From an uncultured delta proteobacterium (GTDB taxonomy: Bacteria > Desulfobacterota > Binatia > UBA9968), in assembly GCA_963737905.1 (NCBI GenBank), contig CAVTUQ010000007.1, positions 423,678-487,677 of the forward strand: a DNA stretch of 64,000 nucleotides, read 5' to 3'. The notes under the pieces were generated by a model. The model did no database searches and was not told the DNA's origin. It worked only from the letters and a program-made list of their open reading frames with translations. Below, piece after piece: positions 20,820-31,234 of this stretch. Every line of letters begins with the position of its first letter. Position 1 is the first letter of the stretch. The position numbers and the translations under genes were made by a program.

Positions 20820-22148
20820 CTAATCTCCCGTCGCAAAAAGGTGCAGCAGGTCGGTCACGTTCCCGATTTCGTCGATTCGACTTAGCGTTTCCAGAGAACT
20901 GGCGACGGTAGCTTCGCCAAAACCGGCCTGGCGCGCGCAGGCCTGGTACTTCGCGCCGAGGCGTTCCCACGACAGAGGATTTTTCGGATGGCCGGGAGCA
21001 TAGCTGACCGTCTCTTCATGGACAGCGGTGGGCGTACGGACCTGCACTGTCACCGGCCCTTCGCCGGGTGTTTCGCGCTTGGTGGGCGCATCAACGACAC
21101 GCACCTTGGCTACGAGGTCGCGCATCAGCGGATCATTGACATGCTTACGGTCGAAGCATTCTTCATTAATCGTTTTGAGCGCCAGCCCGGCCGCCAGCAA
21201 ATACTCGAGGCTAAATTTTGCTTCCAGGCTCGTCGTTGGCCGGTAATGGATCAGCACTCGAAAGGTGTTCGGAGCGGCAGCGCAGGTGATCTCTTTCACG
21301 TCGCGTGGACTCACGTTTTGGCGGTCGGCAATCTTGATGACGGCATCCACCGCCCGCTGCGAGCTGTAGGGGCAAGGATACGCTTTGAAAGCGATCCCCG
21401 GCTGCAAAAATCTATATTTCTTCCCAAGGGTTTCCCGAACTTCCGTGGTAGTCAGTCCACTAAAGAATCCGCCCTGCTGATCGAAGATCTCCGGGTTTGC
21501 CGTAAATCCCGCTGCCGCAAGCTCCGCCGCCATAATGCCGTTCTTTGCCGCGCTACCCAGATGAAGGGGCTTGACCATGGTGCCGAAGTTCTGGCTCAAT
21601 CCTGACGTTAAAGAAGCAGCAATTCCGAGTGCGACCTTCATCTGGTTGCGTTCCAAACCGAGAATTCGCGCCGCCGCGGCGGCGGCGCCCAACGAACCGC
21701 ACACACCAGCGGGATGAAGGCCCAGCGCATGGCTTTCCCTTCCCAACCCCCTGGCCAGCAACGTGCTCACCTCCACACCCACGATATAGGCTTCGATCAT
21801 CTCCCGGCCGCTAATACCTTTGTTTTCACCGGCGGCCAATACGCAAGGAACCATCACCGCGCTCTGGTGGCCGAAATGATCATAGTCCAGCGTATGCGCT
21901 GCCACGCCGTTGGCCAGCGCCGCATTGGAAGGCGCGGCAGGCATATCTTTTTGAGCAAAAACCGTGCACTTCCCGCTGTTCCCTTGGTCTCGAACCCAGC
22001 GCGCGGCGATTTGCGCGCTCTCCTCGCGGCACCCCGCCAGCATGACACCAAAGGAATCAAGAAACGCTTCGCGCACCCGCGGCAGCAGCTCCGCAGGCGC
22101 GGCCGCCAGGCTGAACGAGACAGCAAAATCGGCAATATCTTCGGTCAT
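20820..22148 (-). CDS. MmgE/PrpD family protein
   Basis: ANGVAAHTLDYD, NFGTMVKPLHLG, FKAYPC, AKFSLEY, GHPKNP. Confidence 0.92.
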   Translation of the reverse strand: MTEDIADFAVSFSLAAAPAELLPRVREAFLDSFGVMLAGCREESAQIAARWVRDQGNSGKCTVFAQKDMPAAPSNAALANGVAAHTLDYDHFGHQSAVMVPCVLAAGENKGISGREMIEAYIVGVEVSTLLARGLGRESHALGLHPAGVCGSLGAAAAAARILGLERNQMKVALGIAASLTSGLSQNFGTMVKPLHLGSAAKNGIMAAELAAAGFTANPEIFDQQGGFFSGLTTTEVRETLGKKYRFLQPGIAFKAYPCPYSSQRAVDAVIKIADRQNVSPRDVKEITCAAAPNTFRVLIHYRPTTSLEAKFSLEYLLAAGLALKTINEECFDRKHVNDPLMRDLVAKVRVVDAPTKRETPGEGPVTVQVRTPTAVHEETVSYAPGHPKNPLSWERLGAKYQACARQAGFGEATVASSLETLSRIDEIGNVTDLLHLFATGD

Positions 22149-22176
22149 CGGCACGGACTCACCATCGTTCCGGCTT

Positions 22177-23217
22177 TCACTGCTCAAATTGCTTGATGAA
22201 ACCTTCACGCACGATCTCATCCACCAGTGAATTATCGATGAATTCCTCGGGCCTCGCTTGCTTTGCAGCCGGGTTCGTCGAGGTCAGAAGCAAAGTTTTG
22301 ATATTTTCCGTATCGACCCGAGTGACGAGCGGCAACTTGGCGGCAAGATATTTCTGGTACTCGGCCATGAGCTCATCGTCGCTGCTGCGAAAATAGCTCT
22401 TGAGTGCGGCCCGGGCTTTGACCGGTTCTTTTTTGATGATGCTAATGGCCTCGATCTGCGCCTTAATAAACAAAATCATGGCGCGCCGGCGCTCTTTTAC
22501 TTTCTTTTCCAGCGTAATGAGACCCGTATACCACCTTACGTTGACATCTTCGGGCGTAACGAGAGCCTTGAGTCCTCGTTTGCGAAAGGCCATGTAATTT
22601 TCGTAGGAGGCGAGCGCCGCGTCGTATTGACGGGTTACGACCCCGGCTAGGGCGGAAGGAGTATCTCCCGCCGAGAGGATCGTCGGCTGTTGGGCGCCTT
22701 TGTCAAGGCCGTACTTGGGAAAAATGAAAGCGCGCAGCATGTGCGCATAGCCTCCTCCCAACCCCGGGACCGCAAACTTTCCGCTGCGCAACTGTTCCAT
22801 GCTGGTCACTTCAGGTCGAACCAGGAGGTGGGCGTCGCTCCAGTCATTGAAGTTAGTCACGTACAAAATGGGCGATCCTGCGAGACGCGCGTTGATCAGA
22901 GCCGGGCCGGACGTATTAATCACATCCGCCTCGCCCCCTAAGAGCGCAGCTGTCGCAGTGGTGCCGCTGCCAATGCGAACAATGGTTGCGTCAAGTCCGT
23001 ACTTTGGGTAAAGGCCGAACGTCGCCGCCAAGACCGGGATGGCATGTCTCGTCCCCGTGCCGCCGAGAATGCAAACGAACTTTTCCGCGGCAACTGCATC
23101 TTGTGGATTCAGGTTCTGAATCAGAGCGATCACGACTAAAATCAGGTAGGCCCGAAACCAAGAGTTTACTTTGCACGAGCCGAGTGCAAAAACGTTTTTC
23201 TCACGACGCTGAATCAT
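22177..23217 (-). CDS. ABC substrate-binding protein, NitT/TauT family
   Basis: GLYPKYGLD; PEEFIDNSLVDEIVREGFI. Confidence 0.85.
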   Translation of the reverse strand: MIQRREKNVFALGSCKVNSWFRAYLILVVIALIQNLNPQDAVAAEKFVCILGGTGTRHAIPVLAATFGLYPKYGLDATIVRIGSGTTATAALLGGEADVINTSGPALINARLAGSPILYVTNFNDWSDAHLLVRPEVTSMEQLRSGKFAVPGLGGGYAHMLRAFIFPKYGLDKGAQQPTILSAGDTPSALAGVVTRQYDAALASYENYMAFRKRGLKALVTPEDVNVRWYTGLITLEKKVKERRRAMILFIKAQIEAISIIKKEPVKARAALKSYFRSSDDELMAEYQKYLAAKLPLVTRVDTENIKTLLLTSTNPAAKQARPEEFIDNSLVDEIVREGFIKQFEQ

Positions 23218-23317
23218 TGTGCTTGCGTTTGCTCCCTTCTCGAACTCTCCCCCGAAACGGGGATTCCTTTTTGCGCTGTTTGCGCTTTCCCGGTCCTAGT
23301 CTGCTTCCGTCAACGAT

Positions 23318-23352
23318 TTGAACGGCTTGAACGTTTAGAACGACTGGAACGA
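23318..23352 (+). repeat. 9-bp GAACG tandem repeats
   Basis: TTGAACGGC TTGAACGTT TAGAACGAC TGGAACGA just 3' of the stop at 23360. Confidence 0.75.
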
Positions 23353-23359
23353 ATCTTCC

Positions 23360-24529
23360 CTACAGCCCCATTCGATACAACCGGTTGGCATTTTCACGGC
23401 CGACCCTGCGCTGCACGTCAGGGCTCACGCCGATGCCAACCCGCTCCAGTGTCTTCCGGGAATAGGGCCATGTGGTGTTGCCATGCGGATAGTCATTTGC
23501 CCACATGAAATTGTCGGCGCCGAAGACGGGAGTGGTAAGCATCCCCGCGCGATCGTCCTGGAAAGTGAACCAGGTGTGGCGTTTCATGTAATCTCCGGGC
23601 GCCATCTTCAACTTGACATCCGAACCGTAGGCGGTGGCGCGTCCATAACGGTAATTGGCCTGTTCGTACATGATCGCCACCCACCCCACATCGTATTCCG
23701 TGCAAACGACCTTGAGGTTGGGATGGCGATCAAAAACCCCGGAAAACATCAAATGGCTGATGAAACCTGTTGCCGTCGCGATCCGCTGCGCGCCGAAAAA
23801 ATCACTCGACCCCTCCGCGGTCAAGCGCTGAAACCCGAACCAGCGCGGTTTGACTCCTTGCGCCGGTCCTCCGAGGTGAATGTGAACAACCAGCGCGTTA
23901 TCCTCCGCTGCGCTCCAGATTGGTTCATAGACCGGGTCATAGTAACCGCCATCCTTGATGGCGTAAGGGATCTGCACCGCTTTGAAACCCAGTCCAGCAT
24001 ATTCCCGCATGTCTTGTCCGGCTTTTTCCGGGTCGAGAATCGAAAGCAGGGCAACTCCAACGAAACGTTTCGGGTCGTAGCTGCAAAACTCATGAAGCCA
24101 GGCGTTGTAGGAGCGAAAGATGGCACGCTGAAATGCGCCATCAGTGAGACCATAGAAAAATCTTCCAACACTCGCAAATAAGACTTCCGCCGCGACGCCG
24201 TCGGCGTCTTGATCCTTGATGCGCGCAGCCGGCTCCCAAGACGCAGGAAAATCTTCGTACTTAAAATTCTCGTGAAAATGAATGCGCTCGTGGTGCTTAT
24301 CCATCTCGACGCTGCCAAGACCCCCGGGCTTGCTCACAACATGTCCAATGGAATAGTTGGAGCAAGGACTGGGAGGGAGCCCATCCGTTATCACCCAGAT
24401 TCCTTTGAACCCCTCGGGATCTTTGACGACCTTTGGAGCTCTGTCGCCGTATTCCTTCTGCGCTCTTTCCCATGCCGCCGGGGGCTCGTTGATGTGGCCA
24501 TCAGCGGAAATCAACTTGAAATCGACCAT
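23360..24529 (-). CDS. amidohydrolase_2 family protein
   Basis: ISADGHINEP, HIH, EYDVGW, WANDYPHGNTTWP. Confidence 0.92.
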   Translation of the reverse strand: MVDFKLISADGHINEPPAAWERAQKEYGDRAPKVVKDPEGFKGIWVITDGLPPSPCSNYSIGHVVSKPGGLGSVEMDKHHERIHFHENFKYEDFPASWEPAARIKDQDADGVAAEVLFASVGRFFYGLTDGAFQRAIFRSYNAWLHEFCSYDPKRFVGVALLSILDPEKAGQDMREYAGLGFKAVQIPYAIKDGGYYDPVYEPIWSAAEDNALVVHIHLGGPAQGVKPRWFGFQRLTAEGSSDFFGAQRIATATGFISHLMFSGVFDRHPNLKVVCTEYDVGWVAIMYEQANYRYGRATAYGSDVKLKMAPGDYMKRHTWFTFQDDRAGMLTTPVFGADNFMWANDYPHGNTTWPYSRKTLERVGIGVSPDVQRRVGRENANRLYRMGL

Positions 24530-24691
24530 CTGCTTCTCCTTCCAGGAAAGCGCAACTCTTGCGGCCCATCCCACGCCAGAGTCGGCGTTAACCTTTTATA
24601 TAACAAGACTCTCCACCGATGAAAGGCATTTAAGGCGCATCCGCTTTTCCGTTTGACCTACAAGTTAGAAAAATCACTTGGTGTGCAAAGT

Positions 24692-26014
24692 CACTCATGT
24701 CCGGGTATTGACCGGGCCGAAAGTGATAATTGGTTGATTTGAAATAAATAACTCATGATTTTTCTTGGTCTCGATTTGAACTGCGTAGAGACGATTTGCG
24801 ATCCTGCGAGCAACTTACTCGTAGGGGGCACCTATGAACTTGGGCAAGTTGGTGTTCGCGCAAATCACGCAGCATTTGCCGCTGACCACGTTTCGCCGTT
24901 GTGTGGCGCGCTATGGCGGAGGGCACAAGGTCAAGAGCTTTTCTTGTCTCGACCAATACCTCTGCATGGCGTTCGCTCAACTGACCTATCGAGACAGTTT
25001 GCGCGACATCGAAGCGTGCCTGCGCGCGCAAGCAGGCAGGCTGTACCACATGGGCATCAAGAGCCGGGTGTCGCGCAGTACTCTGGCCGATGCCAACGAG
25101 AGCCGCGACTGGCGCATTTACGCCGACTTTGCCCAGTCGCTCATCGCCATTGCCCGTCGTCTTTATGCCGGGGAATCGTTTGGCGTCGATCTGAAAGACA
25201 CGGTCTATGCTCTGGACGCCAGCACCATCGACCTGTGCTTGTCGGTATTTCCATGGGCTCCGTTTCGCTCTACCAAGGCGGCCATCAAGTTGCACACGCT
25301 CTTGGACCTGCGCGGCAATATCCCTTCGTTCATCCACATCAGCGACGGCAAACTGCACGACGTCAACGTTCTGGATCTGCTGTTGCCCGAGCCCGGCGCT
25401 TTCTACATCATGGACCGAGGCTACATCGACTTCGAGCGGCTTTATCAACTGCACGAGGCGAAAAGCTTCTTTGTCACCCGCGCCAAATCCAACCTCAAAG
25501 CCCAGCGTCGTTATTCGCATCGGTGGAGCGAAGTCCGGCTTGATTTGCGATCAGACCATCGTGCTCACCGGCTTTTACTCCCGTCAAGACTTCGACACGC
25601 CGCTGCGTCGCGTCCGATTCAAAGACCCCACAACCGGCAAGCGGTTGGTGTTCCTCACCAACAATTTCACCTTGCCAGCATTCACCATCACCGAGCTTTA
25701 TCGTTGCCGGTGGCAGGTCGAGTTGTTTTTCAAATGGATCAAGCAGCATCTTCGTATCAAAGTTTTCTTCGGCACCTCCGAAAACGCCGTCAAAACCCAA
25801 ATCTGGATTGCCGTCTCGGTTTACGTGCTCGTCGCCATCGTCAAAAAGCGACTCAACCTGTCGGCGAGCTTGTATGAAATGTTACAGATCTTGAGCCTGA
25901 CCATGTTCGAGAGAATTCCACTAGATCAACTGCTTAGCAAAATCGTCACCGATGACATTCAGCCGTTTTCACCTAATCAACTAAATTTGTTCAATTAATA
26001 CCCGGACGCTAATG
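24692..26014 (+). mobile_element. IS4-family insertion sequence
   Basis: TIRs CACTCATGTCCGGGTATT / reverse complement CATTAGCGTCCGGGTATT (14/18); imperfect 9-bp target duplication GTGCAAAGT/GTGTAAAGA. Confidence 0.88.
24834..25998 (+). CDS. IS4 family transposase (DUF4372 + DDE), frameshift about 25525
   Basis: DASTIDL, KLHTLLD, MDRGY, YRCRWQVELFFKWIKQHL. Confidence 0.92.
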
Positions 26015-26128
26015 GTGTAAAGAGTGAGGCAAAGTATCGCCTTGCAATCGGCCGGTCGGTGATCGTATTGTCACAGACCGAGGACACGTGAAGCGTCCGA
26101 AACAGTCGTCGAGTTCATGTGAAGGAGT

Positions 26129-27038
26129 GTGACCATCATGACTTTTCCCGATTTCGTCGGAGCGTACCAGTGGAATTACCGGCCGCAACATCCCGGGCGA
26201 CCTGATTGGTTCACGGAGTGGCCTGGTGGCGCCAGGATGGCGGTGATGCTCATCTTGCTGCACGAATGGGAGTCCGTACCCGCACCAACCAGGCCGATGC
26301 CCAAAGACTCGCACCACACATTCGACTACCTGGCGCTGGGCGCGCGTGAATACGGTGCCAGGTTCGGGATATACCGACTCTTGGACGTATTGGACCGACA
26401 CAATGTCAAGGCCACGGTTATCGCCAGCGGTCTGGTCGCTGAACTATTTCCCGGAGAGCGTGCGAGAGGTCACGAAGCGCAAGCAAGAGCTCGCCACCCA
26501 CGGATGGGACCAATCGATGCATCCCCCTGTCTTCAAGACAAGAGATGAAGAACGAAACTCGCTCGTCAAATCGATTACTTCACTCGAACAGGCCGGCAAA
26601 GAGCGCATCGTCGGCTACATGTCACAGGGGCCGCGGCCGACGCCCAACACGCTGGAGATATGCACGGAGCTGGGGTTTCTTTGGACGGCTGACTATTCCG
26701 ACTCGGACGTGCCCTACGTCATCGACGTGAATGGGAAAAAGATCATGTCGGTGGGCTATGTCATGCCCAATTACACCGATAACACTCTCGTGCCGCTCGG
26801 TCTGGCTGCCGGTCTCGGGCAATTAAAAGATGCCTTCGATGCGAGTTACGAGGAGTCTCTAAGGCATCCCATGAAGTTCTGCTACGCCTGCCATGTGCAC
26901 ATCAGCGGTAGGCCCGGGATGAGTCAACTGCTGGCTCGGTTCATCGACTATGCCCAGGGTCACGATGGCGTGCGGTTTTACCCTTGCATCGACATCGCAA
27001 ACTTCTGGCTCGAACGAGAAGCTTCGGGGCGATCATGA
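26129..27038 (+). CDS. polysaccharide deacetylase / PuuE-like protein (frameshift about 26450)
   Basis: WPGGARMAV, REYGARFGIYRLLD, ELATHGW, D.PY, HVHISGRP. Confidence 0.85.
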
Positions 27039-27139
27039 AAGTTATCAAGCGATCGAAAAAAACTCTTGTTAGCTGCCGTGATTGATTTGCATTACGAGAA
27101 TGTGTGATTGCAAGACCTGACCCTTTGCTTTGTCCTCTT

Positions 27140-27330
27140 GCCGGTCGCGATTATTCGCGGTGAATGGGACGGGCTCATCGGGGACGAGGATGCTCGTTGG
27201 CTTTTCGACGCTTTTACTGCCTCGCCCATGAAACGCGACATTAAGATAAGCCGGGGAACTCACCTGATGCATCTCGAAGTGATGCGCTACGCGCTCTACC
27301 AAGAAAGCATCGCATTCCTAATGGCCAACG
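27140..27330 (+). pseudogene. C-terminal remnant of an alpha/beta hydrolase
   Basis: PVAIIRGEWD..DARWLFDAF..KRDIKISRGTHLMHLE; N-terminus absent. Confidence 0.65.
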
Positions 27331-27398
27331 ACCAAGCTGGCTTACGCCAGTTGGCAGAAGCCTATATTGCCCCGGAACTACGAAGAAAAGGAGGAAAG

Positions 27399-28007
27399 AT
27401 GATGAATCCTTCGCACGACAAGGAGAAAATTCCCGGTTACGACTACGGCACCGAGAAGGTTTCGAAATCGCCGATCACAATGGAAGAATGGGAGGAATTA
27501 AAGAAATCGGCGCTCTTCTCAGAAGAGGACGTAGTCTATCTGCGCCTTTCAGAAGACGTGCTAGCGGATCAGGTTGACGAATTGCTGAAGATGTGGCGTG
27601 GCATCATCTTCGATCACCCGCATTTGCGCGCCTATGACGAGGACCCCAAAACGCGCGCGGTTGATACCGATTATACAAAAGCGGTTGGAAAGCGGTTCGG
27701 CCAATGGGTGCTCGACACCGCTCGCGCGCAATACAATCAGGAATGGCTCGACTACCAGTACGAAATCGGTTTGCGCCATCATCGCAACAAGAAGAATCAA
27801 ACGGACAATGGTCACACCCTCGGACATGTTCGTGCTCGTGACCTGCTTGCTTTTTGCGCGTCGATTGTCGTTCCGATGAAGCCCTATCTTGCGAAGAAAG
27901 GCCACCCGCCGGAAGTCGTCAACCGCATGTATGACGCATGGTGGAAGTCAATGATCCTACAGGCGACCCTCTGGGTCCAACCCTACATAAAGGAGGGAGA
28001 TTTTTAA
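27399..28007 (+). CDS. protoglobin
   Basis: IPGYDYG..KSPIT, HPHL, RFGQWVLDT, WLDYQYEIGLRHHRNKKNQTD; AGGAGG RBS before ATG 27399. Confidence 0.92.
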   Translation: MMNPSHDKEKIPGYDYGTEKVSKSPITMEEWEELKKSALFSEEDVVYLRLSEDVLADQVDELLKMWRGIIFDHPHLRAYDEDPKTRAVDTDYTKAVGKRFGQWVLDTARAQYNQEWLDYQYEIGLRHHRNKKNQTDNGHTLGHVRARDLLAFCASIVVPMKPYLAKKGHPPEVVNRMYDAWWKSMILQATLWVQPYIKEGDF

Positions 28008-28066
28008 TGTGCCAAAGGGATGGCTAAGGGGCGTCGGACTGGGCGCAAACTGTTGATTAAAACCGA

Positions 28067-28378
28067 TTGATTGAACGAAACGAGGCCACGGCGCTACGTA
28101 ACCGCCAGGAGTTTCAGCGCAGTCAGCTAACGGAACTTGCAAGCACCGACTTTGAGTCGTGGGCGAAGGAGAGCTTCGAGATTGCGGCGAAGTTCGCTTA
28201 CAGGAATGGTGGGCGGATTGGGATTCCGAAGGGTGGAGCTATAGACTGCTCGATGGTCGCAGCGGCTCCCGTGCTTCCTGGGGGCTACGTGGCTAGTGCG
28301 AGCCGGATTGCTGACCGACGAATGATTCTTGCGGGATACCGGCTTGCTGACCTGCTGACACGGGTAACTCAAAACTGA
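28067..28378 (+). pseudogene. C-terminal fragment of S1/P1 nuclease
   Basis: SWAKESFEIA..Y..RRMILAGYRLADLL; N-terminal Zn-binding part missing. Confidence 0.7.
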
Positions 28379-28413
28379 AGGAGATCAAATCAGTTCAATC
28401 CTGGCACTTTCCA

Positions 28414-29464
28414 TCACTTGATGACTTTATTCGCTCGCGCAAGAAATTCAGGGAAAGTGTCAGACCGATCTGTTTCGCTGCCTTCAAGTTAATCACGAAT
28501 TCAAACTTCGTCGCCTGCTGCACCGGCAAATCAGCCGGTTTGGCACCTTTCAAGATCTTGTCCACGTAAACAGCGGCGCGCCGATAGAGGTCATCGTATT
28601 CCGCCCCGTAGGACATGAGACCGCCCGCATCGACAAATTCCTTCTGATAGTAAATAGCCGGCAACCGGTTTTTGCCGGCAAGCTCGACGATCCGTTTTCT
28701 TTCGGCGAAAAAGCGGCGAGTGCTGATCGTCATAATCGCGCCCACCTGCTTCTGCTTTGCGGTTTGAAAGGCGCTCTCTAAACCTTTGGAGTCGGGTTGA
28801 GTCTCGATCTCCTCCAATTTCAGCTTCAATGCCAGAGCCGCAGCCCTGAGCTCTTTCAGTTGAAGGTCTCGTCCTAAGCTGTTTCCCGCCGGCCGCAGAA
28901 GTCCCACTCGGGCGAGCTTGGGAACCGCGTCCTTGAGTATCTCCAGCCTTTTGGTATTTAGCTCGACCGATAAACCCGAAAACCCAGTGATATTACCTCC
29001 CGGCCGTGCCAGGCTGGCAACGAGACCGGCGGCAACGGGGTCGCCAACGCTCACCATCACGATAGGGATGGTCGTAGTGGCGTTCTTGGCCGCTAACGAA
29101 GATGGCGTATCTGCGACCAGGATCAAATCAACCTTGAGCCGAACCAGTTCCGCGGCAAACTCAGGCAGACGCACACTGCCTTTGTTCTCTCCAAAGCGGT
29201 ACTCGATAGTGATATTCTTTCCTTCGATCCATCCAAGCTTGCCCAACTCTTGCCGGAACGCCTCCACGAGGACCGCGCTACCGGAAGCAGTGCTTGGATC
29301 CAGGAAACCTATGCGGGGGACTTTCCCTGTCTGTTGCGCCTGCACCAGAGCCCCACCGAAGGCGAAAGTGAAAGCGATTGCTAAAAACCCCGCCCATTTT
29401 AGATTTTGGATTTTCGATTATCTGACCGTGAACTCGAAGATCGCATCCAGATTCTCTCTTGCAT
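28414..29464 (-). CDS. ABC substrate-binding protein (ABC_sub_bind/PF04392-like), copy 1, frameshifted
   Basis: KVPRIGFL, SLARPGGNITG, GGLMSYG, KILKGAKPADLPV; ATG 29464 with GGGGAG RBS is out of frame across a heptamer tract. Confidence 0.85.
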
Positions 29465-29522
29465 TTTGTTTTTCTCCCCAATCGAAAATCGGCAAGGGGC
29501 CCCGCAGACGAAAATCTAAAAA

Positions 29523-30520
29523 TCATTTGATGACTTTATCCGCGCGATACGAGCAAAGACTGCGGAATCGTCACACCGATCTGTTTTGCTGTTTTCAGAT
29601 TTATCACCAGCTCAAACTTCGTGGGCTGCTGTACCGGCAGATCGGCAGGCTTGGCTCCCTTCAGGATTTTGTCCACATAGGTGGCGATACGCCGGTACCC
29701 GTCCGCGAGGTCCGCATCGTAGGACATGAGCCCACCAGCGTTTACATATGCTGTGTTGCTGCCCAACGATGGTAACCGGCTCTTTAACGCGAAAGTCGAC
29801 GGTCCGTTTTCTGGTTAGCATTCATTAGCGGGCTGCCGGACACGTAGAGTCCATCCGGGCGTTCCTTGTTTAACGCAGCCAAAACCGTCTCCAAACCGTC
29901 CGCATCTCGTACCTCCCAAGACCGAACAGTGAGCCCCAAGGCACGCGCCGCGGCTGGGAGAAGCTCTTTCAGCTCGTAGTAAACTGCCCTGATTGGCCGA
30001 TCGTAGAGAAACGCGACACGGGCAACTTTTGGGAATAGCTTCTTTGAACAGCTCCAGCCGCTTACCCGCCTAGCTCTCTGGTAATGTTTGTAATGCCGGT
30101 GACGTTGCCGCCGGGACGGGCAAGGCTGTCAACTACGCCTGCCACGACAGGATCCATCCCAGCGCCCACCATAACGATGGGAATCGTCTTGGTCGCATTC
30201 TTGGCTGGCCGGATCGTCCTGACTCCCCCTGATGCCACGATGATATCAACCTTGAGACGAACCAGCTCAGCCGCAAGCTCAGGGACCCGGTCGAGCTTTC
30301 CCTCCGCATATCGGTACTCGAAGGCGATGTTCTGCCCTTCCATGTAGCCAAGCTCACGCAAAGCCCGCCGAATCGCCTCGGAACGGACGGACTCCGTAAC
30401 TGCGCCGTTCTGCGATAGATACCCTATGCGGGGGACCTTCCCGGCTGCTGCGCCTCGAGTGGAGACGCTAAGCGCTAAGAGTGTGGCGGCCAGTACTAGA
30501 GAAATAACCCGTTTGCCCAT
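29523..30520 (-). CDS. ABC substrate-binding protein (PF04392-like), copy 2, several frameshifts
   Basis: Pieces 30062-30520 and 29536-29766 carry the same motifs; ends RADKVIK*. Confidence 0.8.
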
Positions 30521-30622
30521 GCTTTTCTCCGAGTGCTCTCGCCTGCGGCCTCAAGCTTCGTGCTTATCTCCCGTTTCACACCGTGCAGCCGCCGGACTTG
30601 TGCCTGATGGACGTGGCAACTG

Positions 30623-30892
30623 CTACGGAAGTTCGACTGTCAGAGCTTGTTCCAGAAGCCGCGCTGCATTAAACGAACCGTTCGTTGGGAGATCGGACCG
30701 CCCCGGTCGCAGTTGGGGAAAGTGTTTTGAGAAGTTAATGATCGTTATCCCTACCACCTGTCCGCTCTTCGGATGTAATCTCAGAACAAAGTCTTCTCCA
30801 ATTTCAATCGTCTTTGCTCGCTGCGGCTTGCCCAAGGATAGATACAGCACATCGGCTTCACGATCATAGTGGAATTGCACCTTATTTCGCAT
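30623..30892 (-). CDS. DUF2283 family protein (putative antitoxin)
   Basis: YDREADVLYLSL..VVGITI. Confidence 0.85.
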   Translation of the reverse strand: MRNKVQFHYDREADVLYLSLGKPQRAKTIEIGEDFVLRLHPKSGQVVGITIINFSKHFPQLRPGRSDLPTNGSFNAARLLEQALTVELP

Positions 30893-30932
30893 GCTCGCTA
30901 CCTACCACCTTTCATCTCGATTCCATAGGCCG

Positions 30933-31184
30933 TCAAAACAAACTTCCGGCCGGTATCCTGACAACTACGACTATATGAGTCAAACCGAAAGGCAAATCCC
31001 CGACGGGATACCAATACTTGTACTTATGGGGATCGATGGGATCCTGTCTGCGCCTGCCCTTTCGAATCGTGTCCAGCACGTGGTCCTCGAAGCCTTCCAA
31101 CTCAGGGTGCCACTCGATGATATGCTGCCAGCGTTCATCGGTCAGCGTAATCCGATTGGCCCAACGATCCGTAACCTGCTTCAA
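30933..31184 (-). CDS. putative RelE/PBECR-like toxin paired with DUF2283
   Basis: ITLTDERWQHIIEWHPEL..VLDTI; operonic with DUF2283; 3' end may be frameshifted. Confidence 0.6.
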   Translation of the reverse strand: MKQVTDRWANRITLTDERWQHIIEWHPELEGFEDHVLDTIRKGRRRQDPIDPHKYKYWYPVGDLPFGLTHIVVVVRIPAGSLF

Positions 31185-31234
31185 TGGCTGTTCTCATCCG
31201 GTATGTTTAGAAAATACGAAATCACTTAATAATT

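Noticed and set aside
27108-28007. 299-aa hydrolase-globin fusion protein
   Set aside because: A strong internal RBS and ATG at 27399; the upstream part is only a hydrolase tail.
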